A stretch of 64,000 nucleotides of DNA from positions 868,001 through 932,000 of the forward strand of contig CATNEN010000015.1 of assembly GCA_950097015.1 (NCBI GenBank). Direction: 5' to 3'. This document shows, in pieces, positions 62,156 through 64,000 of the stretch. Source of the stretch: Macrostomum hystrix. Taxonomy: Eukaryota > Animalia > Platyhelminthes. The notes below the pieces were generated by a model. The model worked only from the letters and a program-made list of their open reading frames with translations, was not told the DNA's origin and did not search any database. Numbering within the stretch: the stretch's first letter is position 1; each line of letters starts with the position of its first letter. The position numbers and the translations under genes are program-made.

Positions 62156-64000
62156 TTAATTCCCAGTTTTTTAGTTTTTCTTTAATAATTATTTTATTTT
62201 TCTCAATGCAGTAAAGTTTTGCGTCAAGTTTCATGGAACATGGCAGTCTTGCAACCAGTTTTATTGTATTTAAGCGTTATTTGCGAGGAAAAAATTCAGT
62301 ATGTTGTTATTGTTATTAAATTTTAATTTTATCAACTAAGTGATGTGGAGTGTGCTGCGGGAATCGAGTGGGAGTGTGAGCCAGCATAATTTTTCCAATT
62401 TTTAGTAGCCAAATAATCGCGACCCACATAACAGCTGGCCGCAGAACGCAATCATTAATCTTAGGGCCAGACTTGGGGCGGAGGTGAATTAAGTAGCCGC
62501 CGATTCCCCTTGTCTCGGATCTGTCTAGTCCCCTGTAGGAGTGACTGATCGCGGCCATAGCAATACTGTATGGACTAGTTTAGGTCATAATTCCCCTCCA
62601 AACCGCGATCAGATTGTAGGGATCACTCATGCGTCTAGAGTGAGCATTAATTCTTCATGTCCCTTTTTCTTTACTGTAACCCGAGCCGAAGCTCGATTAT
62701 GACCTTTCCCCCTTTAGATACATGTAACGACACTATAGGCAGGTCGGCGCCTGCGCTTCCCATATCCCGGCGGGATCACAATCATTGGCCGACTGCCGGC
62801 AGACGCTCCTAGTGGGGCATCTGGCGATTCTCGCCGCCGCTTCAGTGGGCAATTGGGGTGGCATAATGCCGACCCGATTCCTCGCTGACAGGCTGGCGAG
62901 CATGTGGGTTATTTGATGAATGCGAGGTTGACGGAACTGCAGGACTATTTAAGAAAGCGCGCTGCGCTGCCCCTAGGACAACCTTCCTCCGGACCTTTCC
63001 CGGAACCTCACCTTGGACCGACCTACCTCCCTTTGGACCAACCTTCCTCCCTTACCACCTTTTTCCCTTGTCCGGTCCCGGAACTCGGTCCGTGGACTCT
63101 CCCCCTACTAGATAGGACTTAGCCCCTGAGCCTAAGGCTCCTCAGAACAGCCGCAGGTAAATTACCTGCATAGCCCCTGAGCATTCAAGCCACCTTTTTG
63201 GGTGAGCTCCAATTGAGCCGTGCGCTCCTGCGATTTGGCCCCTTGCCAATCGCACTAGACACCCCCGTCCCTACTTCCTCTTTCAATTGCCCTTTCCCAG
63301 CGAGAACAACGGCCTGCAGCCCGTCAACCAGCATCGCAGATAAGTAACCCGCGCAGCGGACTTTTATTGCTATCCCTAAGGGATCTTTACTTAGCTAGTG
63401 GGTAATAAGGGCAAGGGCAGGGATTTGTTTTTTTTAGCCTAATAAACTATTCGTTACCAATATGCCAAACCTTAATAATTAGGCCAATTTAATAACAACT
63501 TAATTCCTTTTATCATGCTATTCTTTTCTCTTTATTTAATCGTTAGACAGCCCTCAATCATGAGTGGCTAACTCATTAGGGGGTGGGCTCTGGTGATGCC
63601 TAGCTGAAAGCTGCGGCAGGAGGATAACTGTGAGCGCGCATGAAAGTAATAAGGAGCTAGGGATTTGCGAGTAATATGCGGAGTGTAGCATGTGTTTCTC
63701 TGCTAGGGGTGGGGAAATTCCTTGGCGGGTTTTTCCTCTCTTTCTGGCGGATCAAGGAGTGCGTGTCAACCTCCCTTGTCAATTAAGTTTCCCTTCTGTT
63801 CCCCGCTTCTCGCTGCCGCCGCCATGGGAGCGAGGGGTGTGATCTAATAACCATCGCTTGCATAATCACTCAGCCAGTGTTCTGCTTAATCTCTCCTGCC
63901 TCTGATTTCCTCAACTCACACAGATTCGGATTTGCTAGTTATTTAATGTGTAGGCTGCAATCTAATGTAAGGAATGTGCCTGATGTTTCATGAGTAGGAT

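Noticed and set aside
62720-63420. Possible LTR (tgtaacgac start, minus-strand AATAAA ~63365)
   Set aside because: No second LTR, primer-binding site, target duplication or internal ORF is visible; too weak to call.

Overview
Eukaryotic (animal) genomic DNA: GC-rich exons, AT-rich or minisatellite-filled GT-AG introns, tRNA-derived SINEs. The style resembles the flatworm Macrostomum lignano (inference only). I reconstructed eight intron-containing genes by hand, all on the + strand: WDR34/DYNC2I2-like (5' end outside the window), PRPF40A-like, a membrane-anchored OTULIN/FAM105-family protein lacking catalytic His/Asn, an uncharacterised HEAT-repeat protein (start unresolved), a protein ending in an RBR-type RING1, argininosuccinate lyase, a secreted WSC+PAN-like protein nested on the same strand inside an ASL intron, and a Grd/GABA-A-like Cys-loop channel subunit. 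Splice phases are consistent, and the six models with both ends give whole-codon lengths. About 25 different minisatellites (15-74 bp units) are present, mostly one private array per intron. There are two SINE families and an apparently identical 2.5-kb tandem duplication. Most long ORFs in the supplied track are repeat or antisense artefacts. No CRISPR, rRNA or bona fide tRNA was found.
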